Shown piece after piece: positions 15,281 through 15,826 of a stretch of 15,826 bases of DNA. The notes under the pieces were generated by a model, which saw only the letters and a list, made by a program, of their open reading frames with translations, had not been told where the DNA came from and did no database searches. The stretch's first letter is position 1; each line of letters opens with the position of its first letter. Origin of the DNA: Promethearchaeota archaeon (lineage in GTDB: Archaea; Asgardarchaeota; Lokiarchaeia; Sigyniarchaeales; SOKP01); the NCBI GenBank assembly GCA_016839705.1, contig JAEOTR010000028.1, positions 1-15,826 of the forward strand, in the 5' to 3' direction. Made by a program: the position numbers and the translations under genes.

Positions 15281-15826
15281 ATGATCGCTATTGAAGATTT
15301 TAAAGACATAAAATATGAAAAGGAAGAAAATGGCATAGGGACTATAACTATTAATCGACCAGAACGTAGGAATGCTCTTTCTCAAATAACTTTTTTAGAA
15401 TTGCAGGCGGCATTCGATCATATGGAACGAGATGATGATATTAAAGTTGTTATCATAACGGGGAATCAAGATGGAAATGCGTTCTCTTCAGGGGCATATG
15501 TAAGTCCCAAAGTTATGAGTGAGATGACACCCGAAATAAGAAAACTGATAGATCCAACTGATAAATCGTCAAAAAATATGGCTCGAAAGATTTTTGATTT
15601 TCCGAAGCCTATCGTAGCTGCTGTGAATGGGTTAGCTATTGGCGGGGGGATTACTATGCTATTAATTGGGGCAGATCTTATATATGCTTCAGATAATGCA
15701 TATTTAGGATTTTATTTTGTTCAAAATGCGTTTATGTCAGAATTTGCATCAACTTTCCTATTACCCCTTCATCTTGGATTTCAGAGAGCCAAAGAGATTA
15801 TATATTACGGTAAAAAAATCGAGGCA
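15281..15826 (+). CDS. Enoyl-CoA hydratase/isomerase (crotonase) family protein, running off the right edge (partial)
   Basis: MIAIEDFKDIKYEKEENGIGTITINRPERRNALS...VVIITG...AFSSG...FPKPIVAAVNGLAIGGG...ADLIYAS...LGFQRAKEIIYYGKKIEA, with a GGAGTG RBS at ~15269. Confidence 0.93.
   Translation, partial: MIAIEDFKDIKYEKEENGIGTITINRPERRNALSQITFLELQAAFDHMERDDDIKVVIITGNQDGNAFSSGAYVSPKVMSEMTPEIRKLIDPTDKSSKNMARKIFDFPKPIVAAVNGLAIGGGITMLLIGADLIYASDNAYLGFYFVQNAFMSEFASTFLLPLHLGFQRAKEIIYYGKKIEA

Overview
AT-rich window that reads like an Asgard archaeon, probably Lokiarchaeia; this is inferred from gene content and protein style, not from a marker gene. From left to right: the 3' end of a gene with a longin-like C-terminus, a small membrane protein, and a decayed patch holding Lrp/AsnC and frameshifted HEPN remnants. 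Next come two tandem paralogous giant single-pass membrane proteins (signal peptide, 1 or 2 DUF2341+LamG heads, 6 or 5 ~93-aa Ig-like repeats, FN3-like domain, TM helix, ~245-aa cytoplasmic tail with TPR/MIT-like helices) and a truncated third surface-protein tail. These are followed by a Rag-family small GTPase with a C-terminal roadblock domain, a longin-like protein, and a convergent coiled-coil/Zn-ribbon/roadblock protein. The window ends with an unannotated 41-aa LIM-like zinc-finger ORF and the 5' part of a crotonase-family gene. The key non-coding observation is a ~165-bp element with a TATA-like palindrome and an inverted repeat, duplicated upstream of receptor gene 1 and upstream of the Rag GTPase. 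Main hypothesis: a co-regulated module of variable-head surface receptors plus Rag GTPase, longin and roadblock proteins. All domain names come from motif recognition by eye, not from database searches.
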